DNA of 64,000 nt, taken from assembly GCA_902571005.1 (NCBI GenBank), contig CACGAG010000002.1:4095-68094 (forward strand), given 5' to 3'. This DNA comes from an uncultured Pelagibacteraceae bacterium. GTDB taxonomy: Bacteria; Pseudomonadota; Alphaproteobacteria; Pelagibacterales; AG-422-B15. This document shows, one piece after another, positions 9,277 to 19,071 of the stretch. Position 1 is the stretch's first letter. Each line of letters begins with the position of its first letter. The translations under genes and the position numbers were made by a program. The notes beneath the pieces were generated by a model. That model was not told where the DNA came from, made no database searches, and saw only the letters and a list, made by a program, of their open reading frames with translations.

Positions 9277-10947
9277 TTACCTTTGATAGATCTGATAGTT
9301 AGGACTTTGCCAGGTTTTTAATTCAATTCGAGGCAGAGGGTTATCACCCAATATGTTGTCACTTATTTTTTCAGCAATCATAATTGTTGGTGCATTTGTA
9401 TTTCCATTTGTAGCAAAAGGCATAATCGAAGCATCAACGACTCGCAAATTATTGAAGCCATGAACTCTGCCTTGATTATCAACAACTGCATGTTTATCTG
9501 TTTTTAGCCCCATGCGAGCCGTACAGCACAAGTGCCATTGACTCGTAATGTTGGAATTTAATTTTGCATCAAGTTCGTCATCTGATTTGTAGTTTTCACC
9601 AGGAAAGATTTCATCACCCTTTATGTTTGAAAAAGCAGGTTGATTAAGTAGTTCGCGCGCCAAATGAATGCCCTTACGTAACAATTCTCTATCACGTTTG
9701 TCTTTGAGATAATTAACAAGAATGCGAGGCGGATCAGCAGGATTTTTTGATCGTAATTCGATCTTACCACGACTGTGAGTTCGCATCAAACCGACGTGAA
9801 CTTGAAATGCATGTTCTTGAAGCAGTTCCCAACTATTGTCTTTCATGGCAATTGGTGAAATACATAATTGTAAGTCAGGGTACTCAACACCAGGTGCTGA
9901 TCTTACACATGCAACAGTATCAAAATGATTGGATGCACACATACCCTCTTTAGTTAATAGCCATTGGATGCCAGATCCTATACTACTAAATCTCTTTGTT
10001 TTTGGCCAAAGTGAAACAGGTTTTAAGCATTTATATTTCATAATAAAATCAGGATGATCTTGAAGATTTTGTCCAACACCTTGTAAATCAGCTAATGTAT
10101 TAACTCCTATTGAGTCTAAATGCTCTTTTGGCCCAATTCCTGAGAGCATAAGTATGTGTGGTGATCCAACTGCACCAGCACTCAGAATTACTTCTTTTTT
10201 AGCCTTTACATTTACTATTTCATTATTTTTATTTTTAAAACATATGCCTTCTGCTGTGTTATCTTCAAAATTTAAATTGCAAACAAGCGCATTTGTTAAA
10301 ATTGTTAAATTTTTTCTATTACGTATCGGATCAAGGTAACCCTTTGATGCACTCCATCGTTCACCGTTGAATACTGTCCGATCAAATATACCAAAACCTT
10401 CTTGGCAAAATCCGCTTATATCATCAGTTTCTTTATATCCTGCTTCTTTTCCTGCATTAATAAAAGCCAGTGAAAGTGGGTCTTTGGGAATGCTTCTATG
10501 TACCTTTAATGGACCTGACTCACCTCGAAAATCATCCCCTCCTCCACTATAACATTCCATTTTCTTAAAATATGGCAAGACATCTGCGTATCCCCATCCA
10601 TCGCATCCCATTTGTCTCCAACCCTCATAATCAAGTGTGTTTCCTCTTATATAGACCATTCCATTTATTGATGATGAGCCACCAAGGGTTTTACCGCGGT
10701 CATGTTGAAGTTGACGACCATTTAGTTCGGGTTCTGGCTCACCTTTAAATGCCCAATTGTGTTTAGTACTTTTAAGATTCGATAAAACAGCAGCAGGCAT
10801 CTTTAATGTTAAGGATTTGTCTTCCCCACCCGCTTCAAGAAGAAGGACAGTATTCTTTGAATTTGAGGTCAATCTATTCGCTAATACACATCCAGCAGAC
10901 CCAGCGCCAACAATTATATAGTCGTATTCAGTATCAATTTTTACCAT
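9277..10947 (-). CDS. betA: Choline dehydrogenase / GMC oxidoreductase
   Basis: GAGSAGC, GKTLGGSSSINGM, VVDASIMP, NTNAPTIMIAEK. Confidence 0.8.
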   Translation of the reverse strand: MVKIDTEYDYIIVGAGSAGCVLANRLTSNSKNTVLLLEAGGEDKSLTLKMPAAVLSNLKSTKHNWAFKGEPEPELNGRQLQHDRGKTLGGSSSINGMVYIRGNTLDYEGWRQMGCDGWGYADVLPYFKKMECYSGGGDDFRGESGPLKVHRSIPKDPLSLAFINAGKEAGYKETDDISGFCQEGFGIFDRTVFNGERWSASKGYLDPIRNRKNLTILTNALVCNLNFEDNTAEGICFKNKNNEIVNVKAKKEVILSAGAVGSPHILMLSGIGPKEHLDSIGVNTLADLQGVGQNLQDHPDFIMKYKCLKPVSLWPKTKRFSSIGSGIQWLLTKEGMCASNHFDTVACVRSAPGVEYPDLQLCISPIAMKDNSWELLQEHAFQVHVGLMRTHSRGKIELRSKNPADPPRILVNYLKDKRDRELLRKGIHLARELLNQPAFSNIKGDEIFPGENYKSDDELDAKLNSNITSQWHLCCTARMGLKTDKHAVVDNQGRVHGFNNLRVVDASIMPFATNGNTNAPTIMIAEKISDNILGDNPLPRIELKTWQSPNYQIYQR

Positions 10948-11065
10948 AATAAATTACTTTTTTTATACTGCTCAATATTTTTTGACTAGCAGATTATTTA
11001 ATATCAAATCTTATAGAACAATTAATATATTTTATTACTAAAACTTATGTATTAATATTTTATTA

Positions 11066-12013
11066 ATGGCAAAAGAGAATAATTTTCTAGCAATAGCATA
11101 TATTTTAATGGGCATGACTGCTTTTGCATTTCAAGATACTGCAGTAAGGTTATTAGCCGTTGACATATCAATACTTCAGGTCATGTTTGCAAGAAGCGTA
11201 ATTGCTATTGTTCTTCTTGTACTATTTTTTTATTTTACAGGCCAAAAACTAATTTGGACAACTCATTATCCAAAATTAACAATCTTTAGAACAATAATGT
11301 TTATATTTGCGTTCGTATTTTATTATATTGGTCTTGCTTACTTGTCTTTTGCAGTTACAACCGCTCTTTTTTTTACAGCACCATTTTTTATAACTATATT
11401 TTCATCTATTTTTCTGAAAGAAAAAGTTGGTATCATTAGATGGCTAACAATTGTTTATGGTTTTGCAGGTGTAATGCTCATTGTTTCACCAGATTTCGAG
11501 ACCATTAATATATTTATGATATTTCCAATACTATGTGCTGCAGGATATTCAGGAAGTATGATTATAATAAAATATACCTCAAATGAGGATAATGTTTACA
11601 CTCAAACACTTCATGTTTACATCGCTACTATAATTTTATGTCCCATAATTACCTATTCTGGTTTCTATTTAGATCTGGATAATTCTGGAAATGAAATTTT
11701 AGAATTTTTATTTAGATACTGGTCATTCAATGACACAACAACTCTCTTGATGTTATTTTTAGTTGGTGTTTGTGTAATTTTTGGTTTTGTATTTATTTTC
11801 AACGCATATCGATACGGTAAACCTTATATTGTTGCACCGTTTGAGTATGTATTTTTAATTTGGGCCGTACTATTGGGATGGTTTATTTGGAGTGAAACTG
11901 TTTCATTGAGAACAATAATAGGAATATTAATTATTGTTTCAGCAGGAATTTTTATTCTGTACAGAGAGAAAATTAAAGAACAAGAAATAACAACAGACCA
12001 ACCGTTAAGATAA
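11066..12013 (+). CDS. DMT/EamA family transporter
   Basis: ~10 TM; FLKEKVG, VAPFEY. Confidence 0.85.
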   Translation: MAKENNFLAIAYILMGMTAFAFQDTAVRLLAVDISILQVMFARSVIAIVLLVLFFYFTGQKLIWTTHYPKLTIFRTIMFIFAFVFYYIGLAYLSFAVTTALFFTAPFFITIFSSIFLKEKVGIIRWLTIVYGFAGVMLIVSPDFETINIFMIFPILCAAGYSGSMIIIKYTSNEDNVYTQTLHVYIATIILCPIITYSGFYLDLDNSGNEILEFLFRYWSFNDTTTLLMLFLVGVCVIFGFVFIFNAYRYGKPYIVAPFEYVFLIWAVLLGWFIWSETVSLRTIIGILIIVSAGIFILYREKIKEQEITTDQPLR

Positions 12014-12014
12014 C

Positions 12015-12500
12015 TCAGTCTCTAAAATTAATATATTGAAGAGGTAATTCTAATTTTAGCTCTTTAATTTTCGATATGGCTTCTTGTAAATTGTCTTTTT
12101 TTGCGCCACTTATTCTCAGCTCATTTCCTTGAATTTTTGCTTGCACTTTCAATTTTGACTCTTTGATTAATTTTGTAATTTTTTTACCTACCTCTTGATC
12201 AATACCCTCTAATAAATCGTAATTTTGTCTGATTGTATTGCCAGATGCACTTTCAGATGATTTTAGTTTTATTACCTTTGGGTCAACGTTACGTTTTATT
12301 AAATTTGAAATTAGAATATCTAATACCTGTTTAGCCTTCATTTCATCTTCAGATAATAAAATAATCCCTCCCTCAGTTCTCTCTAGCTTTGAAGCAGAAC
12401 CTTTAAAGTCATATCTCTGTCCAATTTCCTTCATTGAATTAGATATAGCATTATCAACCTCCTGCATTTCAACTCTACTAACAACATCGAAACTAGGCAC
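12015..12500 (-). CDS. yajQ: YajQ family nucleotide-binding protein
   Basis: PSFDVVS, RYDFKGS, QYINFRD. Confidence 0.95.
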   Translation of the reverse strand: MPSFDVVSRVEMQEVDNAISNSMKEIGQRYDFKGSASKLERTEGGIILLSEDEMKAKQVLDILISNLIKRNVDPKVIKLKSSESASGNTIRQNYDLLEGIDQEVGKKITKLIKESKLKVQAKIQGNELRISGAKKDNLQEAISKIKELKLELPLQYINFRD

Positions 12501-13633
12501 TATAATAGAACTCCTTTATTTTCTAATTCTTTGATTTGTTCCTCAGAAAAACCAATATCAAGCATTATGCTTTTGTTATCTTGACCAACTTCAGGTGCAG
12601 GAGATGGTTTTTCGGATGGCGTAACACTAAAACGTGGTGCTGGTGATGGTTGACGTACTTCGTTAATATTTACAAAATTATCACGCGCCTTCATGTGTTT
12701 ATGATTAGCTGCCTCTTCGATAGAGAGAACTGGTGAATAACAAACATCAGACCCTTCAAAGATTTCATCCCATTCATCCCTTGTTTTGGTTTTAAATATT
12801 TCAGCTAATTTACTTTTCATATTATCCCACTGATCTAATTGCATTTGATTTTTAAATTCATCACCAAGATTTAATTTATCAATTAAGAGTTGATAAAATT
12901 GAGGCTCTAAAGAACCTATTGAGACGTGCATGTTGTCTTTTGTCTCATAGACTTGATAAAAGGGCGCGCCGCCATCAAATAAATTATTACCTCTGTTATT
13001 TACATTCCATACTCCTGACTGAGATAAACTATGAAATATTGATGTAAGAACCGAAACTCCATCAATCATAGCGGCATCAACTACTTGTCCTTTACCCGTT
13101 CTATTTGCTGACAGTAAAGCTGCGCATACACCGAATGCAAGAAACATGGTGCCTCCTCCATAATCACCAATTAAATTAAGTGGTATTGATGGTTTATTTT
13201 CACCCCAAATTGAATATAGAGCGCCTGCTAATGCGATATAATTAATATCGTGACCAGCTGCCTGTGCAAGAGGACCATTTTGACCCCAACCAGTGATTCT
13301 TCCATAAACTAACTTTTCATTTTGTTTTAAACATTCTTCAGGTCCAATCCCTAGTTTTTCAGTTACCCCTGGTCGATAACCTTCTATTAGCGCGTCTGCA
13401 TTTTTAATTAATTTAAATAAAACCTCTTTAGACTCGGGATCCTTTAAATTTAAACAAATAGATTTCTTACTTCTTCCTGTAATATCAAATTTTGGTTGTT
13501 GATTAGGCATAACGGTATTTTTTCTATCAACACGAATAACCTCAGCACCAAGATCGGCAAACAACATTCCACACAATGGCCCTGGCCCAATCCCTGATAA
13601 TTCGATTATCTTATATCCAGATAAAACACCCAT
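12500..13633 (-). CDS. CaiB/BaiF CoA-transferase (alpha-methylacyl-CoA racemase-like)
   Basis: GIGPGP, ADLGAEVI, GHDINY, GDYGGG, PAPRFS; start moved to ATG 13633. Confidence 0.9.
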   Translation of the reverse strand: MGVLSGYKIIELSGIGPGPLCGMLFADLGAEVIRVDRKNTVMPNQQPKFDITGRSKKSICLNLKDPESKEVLFKLIKNADALIEGYRPGVTEKLGIGPEECLKQNEKLVYGRITGWGQNGPLAQAAGHDINYIALAGALYSIWGENKPSIPLNLIGDYGGGTMFLAFGVCAALLSANRTGKGQVVDAAMIDGVSVLTSIFHSLSQSGVWNVNNRGNNLFDGGAPFYQVYETKDNMHVSIGSLEPQFYQLLIDKLNLGDEFKNQMQLDQWDNMKSKLAEIFKTKTRDEWDEIFEGSDVCYSPVLSIEEAANHKHMKARDNFVNINEVRQPSPAPRFSVTPSEKPSPAPEVGQDNKSIMLDIGFSEEQIKELENKGVLL

Positions 13634-13640
13634 GTTTCTA

Positions 13641-16007
13641 CTATAATGCCTGCAATTCCTTTGCAAAAGAAAAAGCTTTATATATTCGATCTTTATTTGA
13701 TGTTTTTTGGTAATTATACACCAATGTTTGGTCTGATCTTAACTTTAAGTCATACTTATATTGAGACATAAATTCAACCAGTTGGTCTGTTTTTTCGAAA
13801 TGATTATTTTTAAATTTTATAGTTAAACCTTTATTTCCAATATCAAATTTTTCTATTTTCAACTGTTTACATATAATTCTAAGCTCAGTGATGTTATACA
13901 AATGTTCAACCTCTTTTGGAGCTTCGCCAAATCGCTCACTCATTTCTTCCTTAATTTTTCTTAATTCCTCACTCGAACTTAAGTAGGCAAGTTGCCGGTA
14001 ATAAAACAGTCTAGTGTTTAAATTTGGCATATACTTTTCAGGTATTAAGACGCTTAAACCAAGATTTATTTGTGGAGACCACTCATTATCAACTGTCGAT
14101 GTATCTGATTTTAATTCCAATATCTTATCTTTTAGCAATTTATGGTAAAGTTCGAGACCAACTTCTCTAATATGCCCAGATTGAGCATCGCCTATAATGT
14201 TTCCTGATCCTCTCATATCTAAATCATGACTCGAAAGATTAAAACTTGAGCCTCTAGAATTAAATTTTTTAAGAAGCATAAGTCTTTTGTAAGCATTTTC
14301 AGTTATTCCATTGATGTCTTTAACTGTATAAAAACAAAATGCTTCAATATTAGATCTGCCAATTCGTCCTCTTAACTGATAAAGTTGAGATAATCCAAAT
14401 TTATCAGAATTATGAATAATCATTGTGTTAGTTTTCTGCAAATCCAGACCCGACTCGACAATTGTGGTGCACAGTAATAATTGAAATTCATTATTATAAA
14501 AATCAATCATCGTATTTTTAAGGTTTTTGGACGGCATTTGACCGTGGGCAATTTGATACTTTACATTTGGAAGTTTACTTTTTAAAAAATCCTCAACTTC
14601 TTTTAATTCGTTAATTCTTGGGCAGACATAATACACCTGGCCATTACGACTTAATTCATATTCAATTGCAGAGATTATTTTTTCATCATTAAAATCAATA
14701 ACTTCAGTATTTATATTTTGCCTATTTAATGGTGCTGTAGAAATAATTGACAAATCCCTGAGACCTACAAGTGACATTTGTAACGTGCGTGGTATTGGCG
14801 TAGCTGTTAAAGCAAGCACATGTACATTTGACCGCAATGACTTAATTTTTTCTTTTTGAGAAACTCCAAAGTGCTGCTCTTCATCAATAATCAGCATACC
14901 TAATTTTTTAAATTTAATTTTACTGTTAAGAAGTGCATGTGTCCCAACAACTACATCACTTTCTCCACTATTAATTCTTTCAATAATTTTATTGTTTTCA
15001 GAAGTTGAGTTTAATCTTGAGATTTGGTCTACTTTCAATGGAAAGTTTTTGAATCTTTTTGTAAAATTTTCATAGTGTTGACTGCATAGTAGTGTTGTCG
15101 GAACAATAAATGCAACTTGAGCACCGCTCATGGCTACATTGAATGCTCCTCTTAATGCAACTTCTGTCTTACCAAAGCCAACATCACCGCATATCAAACG
15201 GTCCATTGGAAGTCCACTGTTTAGATCAAACAGTAATTCTGATGTTACATTTGCTTGATCTTCGGTATCCTGAAATTCAAATTCATTTATAAAATTTGAA
15301 TAATAAGGTTCTTGAACGGTATATTTTGTCGCTTCTTTTAGAGATCTTTCTGCCGCAACTTTTATTAAATCTTCGGCAATTTCATTTATTTTATTTTTTG
15401 CGCTAGCTTTTCTAAATTGCCAATTTGAACTTCCAAGTTTATCAATTTGTGCGAATTCACTATTCCCACCGTACTTTGACAAAAGTTCAATATTCTCAAC
15501 AGGTACATAAAGTTTATCATTATTGAAATATGTTATTTCAATGCAATCATGATCGTTTTCTAGGACAGTAACATTTTTTAATCCATTAAATTTTCCTATT
15601 CCATGATCAACATGAACAATTAGATCATCTTGTTCAAAAGTACTGAGATCAGTTAAAAAAGTATCTGCTTTAATTGTTCGTTTGCTTTGATTGAAAGAGA
15701 ACTCATTAAAGGGTTTGATTATGAGTCTGAACAGACTTTGTATCGATTTTTGATTTTTAGGATTAAATTCCTCAAATTTTTCGATCTCATCACCAAATAT
15801 GTTAATACGAACTGGATTCTTGAAGTCTGTTGGAAAAATATCAATAACATCTCCTTTTACAGAGAATTCACCATTTTCACGAATTGAACTTACGCGTGCA
15901 TAACCATTGGCAGATAAATAGTTAATTGTTCTTTCATAATCAAATTTTTCATCAATGTTGATATTTAAATTCTCATTAACTTGAGTCTTTAAGCGTGGTT
16001 TCGTCAT
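13641..16007 (-). CDS. mfd: Transcription-repair coupling factor, N-terminally reduced (788 aa)
   Basis: VHVDHGIG (RID), CGDVGFGKTE, DEEQHFG, TATPIPRT, QLRGRIGR, TRCF C-terminus. Confidence 0.92.
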   Translation of the reverse strand: MTKPRLKTQVNENLNINIDEKFDYERTINYLSANGYARVSSIRENGEFSVKGDVIDIFPTDFKNPVRINIFGDEIEKFEEFNPKNQKSIQSLFRLIIKPFNEFSFNQSKRTIKADTFLTDLSTFEQDDLIVHVDHGIGKFNGLKNVTVLENDHDCIEITYFNNDKLYVPVENIELLSKYGGNSEFAQIDKLGSSNWQFRKASAKNKINEIAEDLIKVAAERSLKEATKYTVQEPYYSNFINEFEFQDTEDQANVTSELLFDLNSGLPMDRLICGDVGFGKTEVALRGAFNVAMSGAQVAFIVPTTLLCSQHYENFTKRFKNFPLKVDQISRLNSTSENNKIIERINSGESDVVVGTHALLNSKIKFKKLGMLIIDEEQHFGVSQKEKIKSLRSNVHVLALTATPIPRTLQMSLVGLRDLSIISTAPLNRQNINTEVIDFNDEKIISAIEYELSRNGQVYYVCPRINELKEVEDFLKSKLPNVKYQIAHGQMPSKNLKNTMIDFYNNEFQLLLCTTIVESGLDLQKTNTMIIHNSDKFGLSQLYQLRGRIGRSNIEAFCFYTVKDINGITENAYKRLMLLKKFNSRGSSFNLSSHDLDMRGSGNIIGDAQSGHIREVGLELYHKLLKDKILELKSDTSTVDNEWSPQINLGLSVLIPEKYMPNLNTRLFYYRQLAYLSSSEELRKIKEEMSERFGEAPKEVEHLYNITELRIICKQLKIEKFDIGNKGLTIKFKNNHFEKTDQLVEFMSQYKYDLKLRSDQTLVYNYQKTSNKDRIYKAFSFAKELQAL

Positions 16008-16267
16008 TTTTTAAGCATCGTAAAATCTTTGAGTAAATGCATGACGCGATTGTCAATTTCTTTTGGAATTGTCACCTTATCTAGCGCATATCGATATATG
16101 TCATTATCATCAAGTTCTAATATAGCCTCTAACATTTGAAGCTCACCTTCATTAAACAATTTGATGTATTTCTCAACAAAAGATCCCAAGAGAATATCCA
16201 TTTCCTTTGACCCCCGATGGGAGGATTTGAACTGAAGCTTTTTTTGAAGTGTATGTAAATCGTTCAT
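16004..16267 (-). CDS. sdhE: Succinate dehydrogenase assembly factor (SdhE/Sdh5)
   Basis: RGxKEMD motif; alphaproteobacterial recG-sdhE-mfd arrangement. Confidence 0.9.
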   Translation of the reverse strand: MNDLHTLQKKLQFKSSHRGSKEMDILLGSFVEKYIKLFNEGELQMLEAILELDDNDIYRYALDKVTIPKEIDNRVMHLLKDFTMLKK

Positions 16268-16300
16268 ATTTTTTTTATCGATCTTTGATACAATACATAT

Positions 16301-18358
16301 ATGAGGCCAAAGATCTTATACAAGCTTTTTTCAAATATAATGACGATTAAAGGGATTGGACCAAAGAACGCTAAAATAATTGAGAGATTATGCGGTAAAT
16401 ACATTGTTGATTTATTATTCCATAAACCAGCCGCATACATAGACAGAAGAAACAGTCCTAAGATTGTTGATTTGGAAGAAGGAAGTATTGCAACTGTCGT
16501 TGTTAAAATTGATAGTCACGCACCGGCTTTTAATAGAAGAATGCCATATCGAGTAAATGTCTCGGATGACAGCGGACAAATGTCGGTCGTTTATTTTAAT
16601 CTACGAGGTCCATACATAAAAAAAATCTTACCGATCGGAAGCACTAGGGTTATTAGTGGTAAAATTGAAAAATTTAACGATTTGTATCAAATTACACACC
16701 CACATCATGTAGTTGATATTAAAAACTTAGATTCTGTTAAAAAGATTGAGTGTGTTTACCCATTAACGGCAGGAATGACATCTAAAATTATCCAAAAATC
16801 AATTAATTCTGCACTAAGTATGGTTGATGAATTGCCTGAATGGATACCTGAGAAAGTTTTAGAAAGAAACAAATGGCCATCATGGAAAGACTCTATTTAT
16901 CAAATGCATAACCCAAAAGATGTGAAAGAAAATGATGATAATAAATATATAGAACGGCTTGTTTTTGATGAGTTGTTCTCTCAACAGTTAACAATTAGAT
17001 TAATTAAAAACAAAATTAGTCATAAAAATGGAATTTCACTTCCTAGAAAAAATAAATTATCAAAACAATTAAGAGATCAATTGAAATTTCAACTCACTGG
17101 TGATCAAGAAACAACTATTGAAGAAATTTCAAACGATCAAGAAGGTTCAAGTAAAATGTTAAGACTTCTACAAGGAGATGTAGGTAGCGGGAAAACCATT
17201 GTTGCATTATTTGCTATGATGCAATGCATTGAAAATAATAAAAGATCAGTTTTGATGGCACCAACAGAAATTCTTGCTGAGCAGCATTTTAATACAATCA
17301 AAGAATTTATTAGTGATTTAAACCTAACATGTTCACTAATTACATCCTCTAATAAAAATAATCATAATTTTGAAGCAGACATTATTATTGGAACACATGC
17401 ATTATTTCAGCAAAAAGTAAACTTTGAAAATATAGGCTTGGTAGTCATTGATGAACAACATAAGTTTGGAGTGCACCAAAGGATTTTATTAAATGAAAAA
17501 GCAGGAGATAGTTGTGACATCTTATTGATGACTGCTACTCCCATACCTCGAACGATGGAATTGGCAGCGTATGGAGATATGGATATATCCAAAATTTCTG
17601 AAAAACCTAAAAACAGAAAGGAAATAATTACCAAATCAATCAATATCAATAAAATTGACCAACTAAAAGAAAGCCTTACAAAAATATTAAATAAGAAACA
17701 AAAGATTTACTGGGTCTGCCCTTTAATTGATGAGTCTGAAAAGCTTCAGTTGCAATCAGTCAATTCAAGGGTCAATGACTTAAAAAAATATTACTCATCA
17801 AACATTGTTGGTTTAGTTCACGGTCAAATGTCTCAAGATGAAAAAAATGATGTCATGTCAAAGTTTAAAGATAATAAAATAGATATTTTAGTCGCAACTT
17901 CAGTAATAGAAGTAGGAATAGACGACCCTGATGCAACTGTAATGATTATTGAGAATTCTGAGAGGTATGGCCTATCACAACTTCATCAACTTCGAGGAAG
18001 AGTTGGCAGAGGAAATGCACAGTCAACATGCATATTACTTTTTGAAGGGCCACTCACCGATAATGCTAAACGAAGATTAAAAGTGATGAAGGAGACAAAC
18101 GATGGTTTCTTAATCGCCGAAGAAGACCTTGATATTCGAGGTGCTGGGGAAATATTAGGCTCAAAACAAAGTGGTATTCCAAATTTTAGATTATCAAATC
18201 TAGATAAGCATAAGCATATACTCGAGGAAGCGAGAGGTGTTGCCATGGATATCGTTAAAGAAGATCCGGATTTAAAAAAATCTGCAGGCAAAGCACAAAG
18301 GACACTTTTGCATCTATTTAGAAATCAAGTTGCAATCGATTATTTGAAAACTGGCTAA
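16301..18358 (+). CDS. recG: ATP-dependent DNA helicase RecG
   Basis: RLLQGDVGSGKT, DEQHKFG, LHQLRGRVGR, DLDIRG.GE. Confidence 0.95.
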   Translation: MRPKILYKLFSNIMTIKGIGPKNAKIIERLCGKYIVDLLFHKPAAYIDRRNSPKIVDLEEGSIATVVVKIDSHAPAFNRRMPYRVNVSDDSGQMSVVYFNLRGPYIKKILPIGSTRVISGKIEKFNDLYQITHPHHVVDIKNLDSVKKIECVYPLTAGMTSKIIQKSINSALSMVDELPEWIPEKVLERNKWPSWKDSIYQMHNPKDVKENDDNKYIERLVFDELFSQQLTIRLIKNKISHKNGISLPRKNKLSKQLRDQLKFQLTGDQETTIEEISNDQEGSSKMLRLLQGDVGSGKTIVALFAMMQCIENNKRSVLMAPTEILAEQHFNTIKEFISDLNLTCSLITSSNKNNHNFEADIIIGTHALFQQKVNFENIGLVVIDEQHKFGVHQRILLNEKAGDSCDILLMTATPIPRTMELAAYGDMDISKISEKPKNRKEIITKSININKIDQLKESLTKILNKKQKIYWVCPLIDESEKLQLQSVNSRVNDLKKYYSSNIVGLVHGQMSQDEKNDVMSKFKDNKIDILVATSVIEVGIDDPDATVMIIENSERYGLSQLHQLRGRVGRGNAQSTCILLFEGPLTDNAKRRLKVMKETNDGFLIAEEDLDIRGAGEILGSKQSGIPNFRLSNLDKHKHILEEARGVAMDIVKEDPDLKKSAGKAQRTLLHLFRNQVAIDYLKTG

Positions 18359-18997
18359 CTACTTCCTTGGTGGAACCACCATACCGGCTGATACAACTAA
18401 TTTAATCGCATCTTCAACAGACATATCGAGTTCAACGATATCATCTTTAGGTATGAAGAGTAAAAACCCTGAGGTAGGATTTGGTGTGGTTGGAACAAAT
18501 ACATTGACCATTTCTATTTTTTGTCTTTCCTTAATCTCACCTTTTGTCTCACCAGTCATAAAGCCAATTGCATATATATCTTTTCTTGGATACTCGATGA
18601 GAACAACTTTTTGATACGCTGAATCTGTATTTGAGAATGTCTCAGTGATCTGTTTGATAGCTTTATAGACATTACCAGCTAATGGAATACGTGTAATAAG
18701 ATTGTCAAAATAACCAAGAATGGCTTTTCCAAATAAGGTTGAAAATATTAGACCAATTAAGATAAAAGATAGAAATGCTATAATTAATTCTAGGCCAGGA
18801 ATTTTATAGCCAATGATCTCAGGTAGCAGCCCATTTGGGTTAAATCTGTCTGGAACCAGACCAGCAATAAATTCGACAATAAATATTGTAATGTAAATCG
18901 TCGCTCCAATTGGCGCCGATATTAAAAGACCTGTAAAAAAGTACCTTTTAATAAAATTAATGACTGGGTTTCCTTTTTTCTTATTTGCATCTGTCAT
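18359..18997 (-). CDS. DUF502 membrane protein
   Basis: VVLIEYPR, VFVPTTPNPTSG. Confidence 0.9.
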   Translation of the reverse strand: MTDANKKKGNPVINFIKRYFFTGLLISAPIGATIYITIFIVEFIAGLVPDRFNPNGLLPEIIGYKIPGLELIIAFLSFILIGLIFSTLFGKAILGYFDNLITRIPLAGNVYKAIKQITETFSNTDSAYQKVVLIEYPRKDIYAIGFMTGETKGEIKERQKIEMVNVFVPTTPNPTSGFLLFIPKDDIVELDMSVEDAIKLVVSAGMVVPPRK

Positions 18998-19071
18998 AGG
19001 TTTTAAATAGACTGAATCATTAAAAAAATTTTAAAGAGATTATCATATTTTTGGGGTTAATATAATCAATA

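Noticed and set aside
13641-16007. mfd as a truncated pseudogene
   Set aside because: Single open frame, intact motor motifs and start coupled to sdhE
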